64,000 nt of DNA from a bacterium. GTDB taxonomy: Bacteria > Electryoneota > JAOADG01. Shown here piece by piece: positions 1 to 11,162 of the stretch (the stretch's first letter is position 1; every line of letters starts with the position of its first letter). The stretch covers positions 160,001-224,000 of the forward strand of contig OY820579.1 in the NCBI GenBank assembly GCA_963681965.1. The letters run 5' to 3'. The position numbers and the translations under genes were made by a program. The notes under the pieces were generated by a model. That model did not search any database, was not told the origin of the DNA, and was given only the letters and a program-made list of their open reading frames with translations.

Positions 1-3000
1 GACGATTTGAGTATGTCCGATGGCAATTTTCTGATTGTCGCTCCGGACAATTGGAATCAACTGTCTGGAACCTGTCCCTTACTCGATCAAGCGAATTCAC
101 CTTACTGGGCTTATCAGAACAATCTGATTCTAAAAAACGCGAGTAACGAAACTATTCACGATTGGGACAACGGCAACGATGCGAATCTAACTCCCTCCCA
201 TCGTCCCACAACCAATCAATCTGTCTATTTCTCAGGCGGTGCTGGAGATAATACCACCCTTTTCACTCCGGCGAATTGGGTTCTCGCCGCAGCAAATGCA
301 GCCACACCAGGAAGTTCCAACGGCGGTTCGAATACTACTTGGATTCAGTCGTTGCGAAATTCTCCCCCCACTGCACCGAATAATGCTTCGTTGTCAGACA
401 TTTCAGCGACATCGATGACGTTGAACTGGGTAGATAACTCGAGCAATGAGACCGGATTTAATATTTTCACTTCGACCGATGGAACTAATTTCAATTTACT
501 GACACAAACACTTACCAATGTCAGTTCCAGAGTCATCGACAATCTCAATCCAAACACTCATTATTGGTATCGCGTTTCATCGTTCAACACCGGCGGCGAA
601 TCCTCCACATATACTTCGATTTCCAGTTGGACGAACGCTGCCGTTCCCGGTACTCCGACAATTGTCACGGTACGTCAATCGACAGTCGATGTATCGATCT
701 CAAACAACGCGCTTACTCCCAATCCCTCGAATACCGAGTATTCGTTTATCGAACTCAATTCCAATCTATACGTTCAACTCGACGGACGCTTGTCATCCAG
801 CCCAGCGTGGCTCACGCAAGCGCAATGGGGCAATACAATTGTAATCGGACTGCTTCCGGAACAATCGTATTTGTTCGGTGCGGTAGCCAGAAACAACCCC
901 GGAACGATGACATCACCATCAAGCGGCGCCAGTGTCACATTAAATGCAGCAACTACGCTACCATTTAGCGAAGATTTCAGTGGAACACCGTTTCCACCGA
1001 CTTACTGGCAAATGAAGAATTACGACTACGGCATCACTTGGACACGTAACAATCTGGGTTGCAATACTCCCGGCAGCGCGTCAATGAACAACACAACTTC
1101 CCCCTCCGGTCAATGGGATATCCTCGGGTCACCTATTTTCAATACGACCGGTCTCGATTATGCGCTATTAACATTCGACTGGTTTTACAGCATGATGTCA
1201 TCGGGACAGGATTCACTGATTGTGATTTACTCGTTCGACGACTTCAACTATACCCCATTTTGGGTTCGTTGGCGCGGTGGACCGGGCGATTACCGGTTAG
1301 GAACGGGTCTGTCGGCAATGCCGAACGAACCCGGATCCTTGGCATCGACGTGGGGACATGCCGAAATCTCACTTCCCTCCGCCGTTTTGAATCAACCACA
1401 TGTTCGATTCGCGTGGCTTGATGTTTCCCGCGGCGGCTATCCGGTTTTTGTCGATAACGTCAAATTGCTACGCGCTACCGATTTGGTGCAATGGACTGCA
1501 CCCGCAAGTATGTCCATGCTGCGCATCGGCGAAGTAAGTACTTTAGCGTGGTCGGGAGTTGCTGCTGCCGGAACCGTCAATATTGAAATCAATCGGGATG
1601 CGACATCGAATACTTGGGAAACGCTCTACAGCAATCAACCGTCGACTGGATCGGTGGATTGGACAGTCACCGGACCGGCGTCCACCAATGCCCAGTTCCG
1701 CGTCGTCTCGAATGCACAACCGCTTGCAATTAGTACTAGCATATCCGGCTTTTACATTCAACAACCAACTTTGACATTTACTACGCCGATTCCCGAACAA
1801 GTGTTCGTTATCGGTAATTCATTATCGATCGGTTGGTTGTCGGAGTACATGTCGGAAAATGTCAAGCTAGAGATTAATCGGAATTATCCAACGGGCAGTT
1901 GGGAAACACTAGTCGACATGTACGGTGTATTGACCGGTAATTACAATTGGACGATAACCGGCGATGCAGGAATGCATGCGCGGCTTCGGCTGACGAGTCT
2001 TCAGAATTCATCGATCATGGTTCTATCGAACGAATTCGCTCTTGTATCCAATACCAATGTCACGTTCAATCTCGATCTCCGATCGGTTCTACAGTCGAAA
2101 TTGCTGGAACGATCGCACATGATACCGATGTTGAGCGTCTTGACTGGAACCTACACCGGAAGCTGGCAAATGTCCGACGCTGACAACGACAGCATTTATT
2201 CGCTGACAATCGCTCAACGTTACAGTGACACCATCCATTACAATTACTCGATCGATCCGTATATGTTCGGCGGATCCTCAAACGAATTAGTTTACGAACG
2301 CGGCGGCGAAGCGGATTATCGCTCCTTCGCGGTAACCGAAATGAATCCGACAATTGCGACCAGCGTGTTCGACGAATATTCCGTTCCGGGAATTGAGAGT
2401 GGATCATCCGGACATGTAGTGAATAATTTTCTCGCTGGTAACCCGGATTATCGATCATTTTCTGGCGACAATCAGGAAACCTTCATCGGTATCGACTTCG
2501 GTTCGCTTAGTCGGTCGAACATCGTCTCGGTAGATCATTTTCTTACCGATGCCGGCGGTACCGCTCCGGGTGGAATTGCATCGGTAGCATCGAATGGTTA
2601 TTGGCGTATCAGCACAATCGCTCAGAGCATAGTATACTCAGCCGATTTGGCAATCGATTACAATTGGATCACCGGAATTACCGATCCGAGCGATTTACGT
2701 GTCCTGTTCAGTACCAATACGGGAACCCAATGGTCGACAATTCCATCGACTGTCGACGTGGTCAATCACACGTTACACGCTACTGTCAGCGAACTTGCCG
2801 GTTACTGGACATTGGGTTCCGCTACCGGATCGAATTCGCTGCTTCCGCTCGCACCGGCAGCGGTTTTGCAACTATCTCCAACTGTCGACGAATACCCGGT
2901 AAACGAACGTCCGACATTCAATTGGACCAATGTTCCGAACAACCGCTATTATCACCTTTACGTTTGGCGCGATGGTTCAGCCGAGCCGACGGTTCCGAAC

Positions 3001-6000
3001 TATCCGAACATCAGTTCGACTCCCTATTTGTTGAATGGATATCTCGATTTCGGAGCGACATACCATTGGAAAGTAGCATCGTCCAATTTGTACGGCAGTG
3101 CGATGAGTGGTACACGCACCTTCACCGTTCGGACAGTTCCCGACCTGCGTATTGCCGATATAACTGTACCTTCGGAAGCGTCCTCGGATCAAACGATCAC
3201 GGTCAATTGGACGACAGCCAATGACGGACCGGGTGCGACGAATTTACCATCCTGGATGGAGTTTGTTTACTTTTCACCCGATTCGGTGTTTGCCTTGGAT
3301 CGAACACCGTTGGTCGCGCAGATTGAAAATATCAGCGCTCTAGCGGTTGGCGATTCCTATATCAACACGGCAACCATTCATGTTCCGATCACAGCATTCG
3401 GCGATTATTACGTCTGGGTTCAATGCCGATACACTGGCGCGGAACGCGGTACTGCTAACAATATGCTGCGCAGTGTCGCAATTCCAGTGACGCAATCGCC
3501 ATCTGCCGATCTTCAAACAACCGACGTGCAAGTATCTGCCAACGCATTTAGTGGACAGAACACGTTGGTAAGTTGGACGGTGGAGAATTTCGGTTCCGGT
3601 CGAACGAATCTATTTTACTGGGAAGATTATATCTATCTCTCGCAAGATTCCGCATTCGATACAACCGATATTGAGTTGAAGCGCGTCAGACACAACGGAT
3701 ATCTCCTTCCGGGTGAGACTTACACAGCGACTGAAAACGTCAAGATCCCGGATGGCACGATCGGTATGCGGTATATGATCGTGCACGGCGATGGTGGGAA
3801 TTTTGTGTATGAGTATATTCACGAGAATAACAATCAGCGAATCTCGTCGGGTATGAATATCCATTTGACTCCTCCTCCGGATCTTGAGATCTCGAATATC
3901 AATTGCGCTGCGAATATTATGTCCGGTCAGAGCATTGCGCTCGCATGGACTGTCACGAATGTAGGTTCGAATACAGCCATTGGAGGTTGGACCGATTCGA
4001 TTTTTATCTCACGGACAATTGAAGATGTGACATATTTTGAACCGATCGCGTCTTATTACAACACGCGTACTCTCGACCCCGAAGCTAGTTACATGATCAC
4101 GCAGAACATCATCGTTCCGAACGGTCGGTCGGGATCGACCAGCTTCAAGATTAAAACGGACGCGGGGAATGTTGTTTACGAGTATACCTTCGAAGACAAC
4201 AATACCGGGTTCTCAAACTTCTTCACGGTCGGATTGACACCTTGGTCGAATCTTATCATTCCCACGATCACCACCGATGCTGCCAGCTCGCCGGGGACAT
4301 GGGGTTCAGCCATGATTACCGTTCGAAATTCCGGAGTCGGTTCAACGGTACCCAATGCCTGGTTCGATCGAATGTATGCAGCACAATCCCGTACCGCACC
4401 CTATAATCAATGGTATCCACTGGAAGGCGTTTCGCATACCGGTACTTTGCTCACCGGTCAGTCGACCATCGAGAAAATCGATTTTACGTTCCCGAACTGG
4501 AATATCGACACAATCTATATCAAGGCGTTGGCTGATGCGGGCAATGCGGTTTACGAACATACCGACGAAAGCGACAACTATAGCGAGATCAAAGCTGTGG
4601 CGATGTCGGCTTCCGTCTCGGATTTGGCAATCGATACTATCTCCGTTCCAGCATCGGCATCGACCGGTCAAACAATAACCGTATCCTGGCGCGTAACGAA
4701 TATCGGCAACGATCAGACCAGTACTCGCGATTGGTACGATTATATCTATGTTTCGACCGACGCAGTATTGAGCAGCGACGATCAACGTATCGGGCTAGCG
4801 GAACATATTGACTGGTTGTATCCTTCGAACGGCTACACCCAGAGTTTGAGTGTAACGTTGCCGGCCGATGTATTCGGACATTGTTATCTTTTGTTCCAAA
4901 CCGATCCGCAACAGTGGGTGATCGAAACCAATCGCGCGAATAATATTGTAGCATCACCCATCGAAATCGCATTGACTCCGCCACCGGATCTACAGGTTTC
5001 GGCAATTCGCGCTCCCGCCACCGGCAATGCCGGACAACCGGTCAAGATCGTATGGACGGTATTGAACAACGGCATTGGCGCTGCGGAAAATGGCTGGACT
5101 GACGGCTTGTATTTGTCGCAAGACGCGATCCTTGATCGCTGGGACATTTATCTAACATCCAAGTCGCGATCGTTACCGTTACTGGCAAGCGAAAGCTACT
5201 CGGATTCAATCACTCTGGATTTACCCAACTATATCGCCGGTCAATATTATCTGATCGCGGCGACCGATCTTAACGATCGCGTATACGAATATCAACATGA
5301 AGACAACAACATTCGTTTCGTGATGATGAACATTATTCTTCCAGCGCCATGCGATTTGATCGTGTCTTCGATCGATGCACCGGCGACTGCGACTCCGGGC
5401 GACCCGGTTAATATTTCTTATACGCTCAGCAACATCGGTTCCAATCCGGCAACTGGTTATCTTCGAACCGGTGTTTATTTCTCGAGTGACACGACCTGGG
5501 ATATCAACGATCCATTGTTGGCAATCGATTATCGCAGCATTTCGATCGCTTCCGGCGATGGCGCGCCGATTTCGCAAGTGATCAAAGTAAATCAGGCGAT
5601 CCTTGTCGATGAGCTGGATAATGTGACCGGTTTCCTACCAGGATTGGTTCCGGGCGATTATCACATCATCGTAAAGACGGACCTGCGGAACAACATCCGC
5701 GAGACGAATGAAAACAACAACAAGACGACAACCAGCGGTATTACGTCGATTGCGATACCATCATTGACGCTGGGTGTTCCAACCGAAACGTCGTTAAACG
5801 GAACTACTCAGAAATTCTTCCGGATCACGACCATAGCCGGTAACGATCTCCGGATTCGATTGACATCGAGCAATCCACTCAGCTCGAATGAAATGTATAT
5901 CTCATTCGGACAAATGCCGTTATTGAGCAATTTCGATTATTCAGCGACTGCGGCATTCAGCCCCAATCAGACAATGTTGATTCCCTCGACTCAGGCTGGT

Positions 6001-8577
6001 GATTACTATTTGATGTTGCAAAGTCGCAACGAACCGGGTTTACATCAATCGGTAACGGTTCTGGCAGAAGCGCTTTCATTCTCGGTAACGGATATTACGC
6101 CGAATGTGGGAGCGTCTGATGGACATATCACATGCGTCATTCACGGCGCCGGTTTCCGCGATTCGACTAGTTACCTGCTAACACAAGGACTGGTAATTTC
6201 CGAAGCTGAAGTGATTGAGCGTCGCAGTACGACCGAAGTGAAAGTCCGATTGAATTTGAATGGAATTCTTCCGGGTACTTACAATATCGTTGCACGTCAG
6301 ACTGATGCGTCGATCGCTCCGTTGGCAAATGGGTTCACGGTTGATACCCTGAGCGAATACACGCTCGCACAGATCGACAATATTCCCGCACGGATCCTGA
6401 TCGGTCGACCGGGTCGATATCTGATTCGCTATACCAATACTTCCAGCGCCGACATTCCTTTCCTCGGTTTGTTGGTCGGTATGCCGGGCGTTGTTAATTA
6501 CACAGTGACTTCTTCCCGGTTGAAGAAACGCAGCGAGTTGCATTATATGCCGCTTGAAGTCGCGTTGACCGACACGATTCATCGCGGCGACGCAATTTTG
6601 ACGCCGATGTATGCAACGAATGTCGAAGCCGGCGAAAGTTTCGATATCATCGTCGATGTCAGTTCGACATTCCGTGGACAAGTACCGTTTATGGTCGACG
6701 GTATGGCGATGAACGAATACATGTACTTCGTCGAGACGATGATCAATGCATTGACTGTTCTCGATATGGTGAATCGAATGCCATCGATGTTCGATCCGGA
6801 AATGGTTCGGTTATCCAGCGACACGCTGCAATTTATTCGAGCTTATTTCAGTCACTTGATCGATTACGGTCTAATCGATTCGCAGGGTGGTTCAGGTGGG
6901 GTAGGAATAACTGGTTTACCACCAGCCAATGACTTCCCAAGATTGGTCGATGGGATTACAATCACATTGATTCGGGAATTCTATACTTGGGAAATTCTCT
7001 GGGAATCGTATCTATACCGCGATTGCCATAAATGGTCGAATTATTATTTCAACTATTGGAATGGCGGTCTTCCATGTTACTATCGTCAAACCGGTTGGGA
7101 AGAAATTTGGACTGAAGTGGAAGAGTGTAAGGGTTATACACTTCACGTTCCCATCATACATTATTATCTGATGCGCATATCGACAACAATCGGTTGGAAA
7201 GACGCGTGTTTCCCGTTTGAACAGATGTTCGGTTCAGGCAATCTAACACTGCTCGCGCCGGGATTCACGGTATCGCCTTATATCACTGACTGGTTCCATA
7301 CGCTTGAAGTCAAAAAATCGATTCGAAAGTCTTGGCAAATCGACCGGGTGTATTGTACTCTGTTCGGCTGGTCAAATGATCCGAACGACATGACTGGTCC
7401 GACTGGATACGGCGACGAGAAATGGGTCGGAACGACTGAAACACTTCCCTATACCATTCGCTTCGAAAACGATCCGGCATCGGCAACCGCCAATGCCAAT
7501 ATGGTCTCGATTCAATGCGACTTGACAACTACCGTTAACCCGAATACGTTCCGCTTGGGCAGCTTCGGTTGGGGTAAATACACGTTTACAATTCCAGCCG
7601 GTCGCACCAACTGGTCGCAGCGCATCGATTTACGCGATTCACTCGGCATCTACGTGGATGTTACCGCCGGTCTGGATATCGTCAATCGTCGCGCATTCTG
7701 GGTACTGGAAACAATCGATCCAGCGACTGGATTGCAACCGAACGCAATCGATCGCGGATTTCTGGCGGTTGATGACTCGACCGGCAAGGGACAAGGATTT
7801 GTGACCTTTACCGTTCGTGCCAAGACCAATACCACAAACGACGATCATATCGTCGAATCGGCGCAAATTATTTTCGACACCAACCCCGCAATCGCAACAC
7901 CGAGTGTCAGCAACCGGATCGATGCGAGTGCGCCGGTTACGCGAATACGACCAATATCCAGCATTATGGACACAACCAGCTTCAATTTGCAATGGACAAT
8001 TTCGGAAGCAGGTGCCGGTTACAAAAATTCCGACATCTACGTGTCGGACAATAGCGGAGCTTATACGATTTACCGCTCCGCAGTAACCGACTCCCTCGTT
8101 TCCTTCCAAGGAACGTTGGGACACACCTATCGCTTCTTTGCTTTGGGTCGGGACAATGCCAATAATCTCGAAGCAATGAAGAGTGCAGGTGAAGTTACGG
8201 TTACGATCAATCAGAGCACTCCACCGTCAATCATCCACACCCTTCAAATCGAGCGAGCGGTCGTTGGTGGCAATGTCCAAGTCAACCTAACGTGGAATCC
8301 GGTAACTACAAACGAACTCGGTGAAGCGATGACGATCGACGGTTACCTGATTATCGAAGGAACGCAGTGGGGCGATCAACGCTACGAATCGGTTATCGAC
8401 AGCGTTACCATCCCCGGATACAGTCTGACACTACCGATAGCGGAGGGATTGCAGCGGTATTATACCGTTGTCGCCTACACAACTGGTGTACCATCGGGAA
8501 TGCCGATCATCAATACGCGACGGTATGGTCGTCCGGTTGAAATTCGGTTGGATCCAACGTATCGCTTCAAGAAGTAA
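1..8577 (+). CDS. Very large secreted/surface protein (5'-truncated): FN3 domains, Ig-like modules, ~7 CARDB repeats, variable region, DUF7619-like 'DPND..GP' domain
   Basis: Frame is open from base 1 with no signal peptide at the ORF-track start, so it begins upstream of the window. FN3 motif (LNWVDNSSNETGF...YWYRV). Seven 'xDL.(I/V)..I...W.V.N.G...W.D..Y.S...E..E.NN' CARDB-type repeats. SNDPNDMTGPTGYG...YTIRFEND motif near the C-terminus. Confidence 0.85.
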   Translation, partial: DDLSMSDGNFLIVAPDNWNQLSGTCPLLDQANSPYWAYQNNLILKNASNETIHDWDNGNDANLTPSHRPTTNQSVYFSGGAGDNTTLFTPANWVLAAANAATPGSSNGGSNTTWIQSLRNSPPTAPNNASLSDISATSMTLNWVDNSSNETGFNIFTSTDGTNFNLLTQTLTNVSSRVIDNLNPNTHYWYRVSSFNTGGESSTYTSISSWTNAAVPGTPTIVTVRQSTVDVSISNNALTPNPSNTEYSFIELNSNLYVQLDGRLSSSPAWLTQAQWGNTIVIGLLPEQSYLFGAVARNNPGTMTSPSSGASVTLNAATTLPFSEDFSGTPFPPTYWQMKNYDYGITWTRNNLGCNTPGSASMNNTTSPSGQWDILGSPIFNTTGLDYALLTFDWFYSMMSSGQDSLIVIYSFDDFNYTPFWVRWRGGPGDYRLGTGLSAMPNEPGSLASTWGHAEISLPSAVLNQPHVRFAWLDVSRGGYPVFVDNVKLLRATDLVQWTAPASMSMLRIGEVSTLAWSGVAAAGTVNIEINRDATSNTWETLYSNQPSTGSVDWTVTGPASTNAQFRVVSNAQPLAISTSISGFYIQQPTLTFTTPIPEQVFVIGNSLSIGWLSEYMSENVKLEINRNYPTGSWETLVDMYGVLTGNYNWTITGDAGMHARLRLTSLQNSSIMVLSNEFALVSNTNVTFNLDLRSVLQSKLLERSHMIPMLSVLTGTYTGSWQMSDADNDSIYSLTIAQRYSDTIHYNYSIDPYMFGGSSNELVYERGGEADYRSFAVTEMNPTIATSVFDEYSVPGIESGSSGHVVNNFLAGNPDYRSFSGDNQETFIGIDFGSLSRSNIVSVDHFLTDAGGTAPGGIASVASNGYWRISTIAQSIVYSADLAIDYNWITGITDPSDLRVLFSTNTGTQWSTIPSTVDVVNHTLHATVSELAGYWTLGSATGSNSLLPLAPAAVLQLSPTVDEYPVNERPTFNWTNVPNNRYYHLYVWRDGSAEPTVPNYPNISSTPYLLNGYLDFGATYHWKVASSNLYGSAMSGTRTFTVRTVPDLRIADITVPSEASSDQTITVNWTTANDGPGATNLPSWMEFVYFSPDSVFALDRTPLVAQIENISALAVGDSYINTATIHVPITAFGDYYVWVQCRYTGAERGTANNMLRSVAIPVTQSPSADLQTTDVQVSANAFSGQNTLVSWTVENFGSGRTNLFYWEDYIYLSQDSAFDTTDIELKRVRHNGYLLPGETYTATENVKIPDGTIGMRYMIVHGDGGNFVYEYIHENNNQRISSGMNIHLTPPPDLEISNINCAANIMSGQSIALAWTVTNVGSNTAIGGWTDSIFISRTIEDVTYFEPIASYYNTRTLDPEASYMITQNIIVPNGRSGSTSFKIKTDAGNVVYEYTFEDNNTGFSNFFTVGLTPWSNLIIPTITTDAASSPGTWGSAMITVRNSGVGSTVPNAWFDRMYAAQSRTAPYNQWYPLEGVSHTGTLLTGQSTIEKIDFTFPNWNIDTIYIKALADAGNAVYEHTDESDNYSEIKAVAMSASVSDLAIDTISVPASASTGQTITVSWRVTNIGNDQTSTRDWYDYIYVSTDAVLSSDDQRIGLAEHIDWLYPSNGYTQSLSVTLPADVFGHCYLLFQTDPQQWVIETNRANNIVASPIEIALTPPPDLQVSAIRAPATGNAGQPVKIVWTVLNNGIGAAENGWTDGLYLSQDAILDRWDIYLTSKSRSLPLLASESYSDSITLDLPNYIAGQYYLIAATDLNDRVYEYQHEDNNIRFVMMNIILPAPCDLIVSSIDAPATATPGDPVNISYTLSNIGSNPATGYLRTGVYFSSDTTWDINDPLLAIDYRSISIASGDGAPISQVIKVNQAILVDELDNVTGFLPGLVPGDYHIIVKTDLRNNIRETNENNNKTTTSGITSIAIPSLTLGVPTETSLNGTTQKFFRITTIAGNDLRIRLTSSNPLSSNEMYISFGQMPLLSNFDYSATAAFSPNQTMLIPSTQAGDYYLMLQSRNEPGLHQSVTVLAEALSFSVTDITPNVGASDGHITCVIHGAGFRDSTSYLLTQGLVISEAEVIERRSTTEVKVRLNLNGILPGTYNIVARQTDASIAPLANGFTVDTLSEYTLAQIDNIPARILIGRPGRYLIRYTNTSSADIPFLGLLVGMPGVVNYTVTSSRLKKRSELHYMPLEVALTDTIHRGDAILTPMYATNVEAGESFDIIVDVSSTFRGQVPFMVDGMAMNEYMYFVETMINALTVLDMVNRMPSMFDPEMVRLSSDTLQFIRAYFSHLIDYGLIDSQGGSGGVGITGLPPANDFPRLVDGITITLIREFYTWEILWESYLYRDCHKWSNYYFNYWNGGLPCYYRQTGWEEIWTEVEECKGYTLHVPIIHYYLMRISTTIGWKDACFPFEQMFGSGNLTLLAPGFTVSPYITDWFHTLEVKKSIRKSWQIDRVYCTLFGWSNDPNDMTGPTGYGDEKWVGTTETLPYTIRFENDPASATANANMVSIQCDLTTTVNPNTFRLGSFGWGKYTFTIPAGRTNWSQRIDLRDSLGIYVDVTAGLDIVNRRAFWVLETIDPATGLQPNAIDRGFLAVDDSTGKGQGFVTFTVRAKTNTTNDDHIVESAQIIFDTNPAIATPSVSNRIDASAPVTRIRPISSIMDTTSFNLQWTISEAGAGYKNSDIYVSDNSGAYTIYRSAVTDSLVSFQGTLGHTYRFFALGRDNANNLEAMKSAGEVTVTINQSTPPSIIHTLQIERAVVGGNVQVNLTWNPVTTNELGEAMTIDGYLIIEGTQWGDQRYESVIDSVTIPGYSLTLPIAEGLQRYYTVVAYTTGVPSGMPIINTRRYGRPVEIRLDPTYRFKK

Positions 8578-8600
8578 CACTTTACTAATGCAGCAAATCG

Positions 8601-8631
8601 AACAGCCAACCACAAGGTTGGCTGTTTTTTT
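8601..8631 (+). terminator. Intrinsic terminator
   Basis: AACAGCCAACC-acaa-GGTTGGCTGTT stem followed by a T tract, just after the stop at 8577. Confidence 0.8.
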
Positions 8632-8957
8632 ATCACTCGATACAATAGTATAAACCATTTTATCACTGATACTTAACATAATTATTGTGAACTTTTCTGC
8701 ATTCTGATTTGATGTCTGAAAAGAAAATCTCTCGAAGATCGTGTTTTCATTTGTAATACCATGCATAAATCCGCTATTATCTCGTTAGATAATCGCAAGT
8801 ACCAGTCGCTAGATACTACCCAACAACCTCAACATCCAATACCATTGAATACATTGATCTAACACAACACTCGATACCTTCAACGAACCAGCCCAAAAAT
8901 CGAATACGAGTAAGACTATTCATCGACAACGTACGAAAGTTCCGACGAGGAGGTTAC

Positions 8958-11012
8958 GTGAACTTGTGGAATCAATTTGTATCGGCGCTGAAGGAAGTTT
9001 TTTTTCTTCCGTTCCATCTAGTGAGGCTTGGATTTCAGCGGCTTTGGTCGCTTGGACCAAAGCGACTAGGAATGCTGATTTTCGCAGCCGCAGTGCTAAC
9101 AATTATCACTGCAGTAGTCTTCGTAAAGGCGACATCGCAGCCGACGTTTTGCCGCTCCTGCCACATCATGGAACCGTATTTTCGAAGTTGGGAAACCTCC
9201 TCGCATAAACAAGTGCAGTGTATCAAATGTCATATTCCACCCGGTGTTGCTGGAACCATTCGCGGAAAATTTGTCGCGGCATCGATGCTGGTAAATTATG
9301 CCACAGGCGTCTATAAGCGTTCGAAACCGTTTGCCGAAATCGACGACATCAACTGTATGTACAAATGTCACGATAATCGCAAGCAACCCGGTGTTGTTTT
9401 GTACAAAGAAGGGATCAAATTCGATCACTCGAAACACCTCACCAAAGAAGTTCGTAATAAGCAATTACGTTGTACTTCCTGTCACGGTCAAATCGTTCAG
9501 GGTTCGCACATCAAAGTCACAGAGACGACTTGCTTCCTTTGCCACTTCAAGGGACGCAATCTTATCAATCCGCTCAATTTGACTGCGAATGACTCGACTA
9601 ATTCACAACCCACGAGCGAGATGTTCGGACTAGGGTGGAAAACGAATTGCACGAAATGCCATAGCGCTCCAGTTGCAGAAAAAGATAAACCGCTACCGAA
9701 ATACGATCATACATCCGTACTGGCGCAGAAGGTTCAATGTCAACAATGCCACGGCGATATGAAGGCGGGCGATGGCGAAGTACCGCACGAGCGATGCAAT
9801 ACCTGTCATGCTTCGCAGGAGCATCTGAACCGGTATAATGAAACGGTCTTTATCCATAAGCAGCATGTCACCGATCGAAAAGTGGATTGCTTGAATTGTC
9901 ACTTACCGATTCTGCATCGCTCGAAATCGCGTGCAGTAGCGCAATTGACCGAATGCCGTAGTTGTCACTCCGATCTGCATGATGCAGCAGAATTGCTATT
10001 CCGCGGCACCGGTGGAACGGGAGTACCAGATCGACCTGACAAGATGTGGACGGCTGGGTTGCATTGCGCTTCATGTCATACTGTGCCATACGACCAAGCG
10101 CACTTCCGCGAATCGTCGGCAGCGCGCAAGCGGGTAGCGTGTACCCCGTGTCATCCGAATAACTACGAAAAATTGGTACCGCAGATGCGTGACGGCATCC
10201 GTAAACGCGCACAGCAAGTATTTGAGATGGTGCAGACCGCCAAACGTCAGGCTCGCGATGAAACGAACCGGTGGGTGTTGAAGACCGCCGAAGCCAACGT
10301 ACGATTGGTGCTTGACGGAGGCGGACAACACAACGTGCGCTATTCGGAAGATCTATTGCAGGCAGCTTACGATCAGGCAAAATTGGTTGCACCCGGATTA
10401 CCGCCTTTCCAAGCACGTCCGAATGTCGTTGCAACAGGCGACAAAGCGGGTGGTGCCAACTGTCTGAATTGTCATAACGGTATCGAAACGGTGAATCTGT
10501 TGGTGAAAGGAAGAACGTTCCCGCATGGCACCCACTTGTCTCGAGGTTTAACATGCAAGGATTGCCACTCGATCGAAGAACACGGCAAGACATTGCCGAA
10601 TGTTACCAATTGCATGGATTGTCACCACTCGCGTGCGAAGAATGAAGAATCATGCAAAGAGTGTCACCGTTCTCAACGGGCGTTATACGAGGGAACTGCC
10701 GGCGGAGGAAAAGCGATTCCATCGGCGATGGCAACGGCAGGTGTCGAATGTTCCTCTTGTCACGGTACCGGTAAGGATATCAAGAAACCGGCACCGGAAC
10801 AGTGCGCCGAATGTCACGACAAGACCTATCCCGAAGTGGTAAAACACTGGCAACATGAAACTAGCGATGCTCTGAAAGAGGCGCGCGTTACTTTGTTACA
10901 AGGTGGTACTGGTGTCGAAGCGATCCGCAAAGGCATTCAAATTGTCACCGCCGACGGTTCCAATGGGGCGCATAATCCCGAATTAGCAAAGAAATTGTTG
11001 TCCGGGAAGTAA
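8958..11012 (+). CDS. Membrane-anchored multiheme cytochrome c with N-terminal NapC/NirT-like domain
   Basis: GAGGAGG RBS before a GTG start. N-terminal TM helix then TSQPTFCRSCHIM..YF.SW..SSH..VQCIKCH (NapC/NirT signature). 17 CxxCH plus one CxxxCH (CMYKCH), counted by eye. Confidence 0.9.
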   Translation: MNLWNQFVSALKEVFFLPFHLVRLGFQRLWSLGPKRLGMLIFAAAVLTIITAVVFVKATSQPTFCRSCHIMEPYFRSWETSSHKQVQCIKCHIPPGVAGTIRGKFVAASMLVNYATGVYKRSKPFAEIDDINCMYKCHDNRKQPGVVLYKEGIKFDHSKHLTKEVRNKQLRCTSCHGQIVQGSHIKVTETTCFLCHFKGRNLINPLNLTANDSTNSQPTSEMFGLGWKTNCTKCHSAPVAEKDKPLPKYDHTSVLAQKVQCQQCHGDMKAGDGEVPHERCNTCHASQEHLNRYNETVFIHKQHVTDRKVDCLNCHLPILHRSKSRAVAQLTECRSCHSDLHDAAELLFRGTGGTGVPDRPDKMWTAGLHCASCHTVPYDQAHFRESSAARKRVACTPCHPNNYEKLVPQMRDGIRKRAQQVFEMVQTAKRQARDETNRWVLKTAEANVRLVLDGGGQHNVRYSEDLLQAAYDQAKLVAPGLPPFQARPNVVATGDKAGGANCLNCHNGIETVNLLVKGRTFPHGTHLSRGLTCKDCHSIEEHGKTLPNVTNCMDCHHSRAKNEESCKECHRSQRALYEGTAGGGKAIPSAMATAGVECSSCHGTGKDIKKPAPEQCAECHDKTYPEVVKHWQHETSDALKEARVTLLQGGTGVEAIRKGIQIVTADGSNGAHNPELAKKLLSGK

Positions 11013-11044
11013 CGACCCAATAGACGTTGTTTTCATCCGAATCG

Positions 11045-11076
11045 AACAGGGCGAACGTAATTGTTCGCCCTGTTTA
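11045..11076 (+). terminator. Intrinsic terminator hairpin
   Basis: AACAGGGCGAAC-gtaatt-GTTCGCCCTGTT downstream of the cytochrome stop. Confidence 0.7.
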
Positions 11077-11162
11077 CTATTTACGGCATGATTGAAATCG
11101 TTATATTATAGTGGTTCTTGATAATAAGTTGTAATGATTAGGTATCAGGCTTCCCCGAACAT

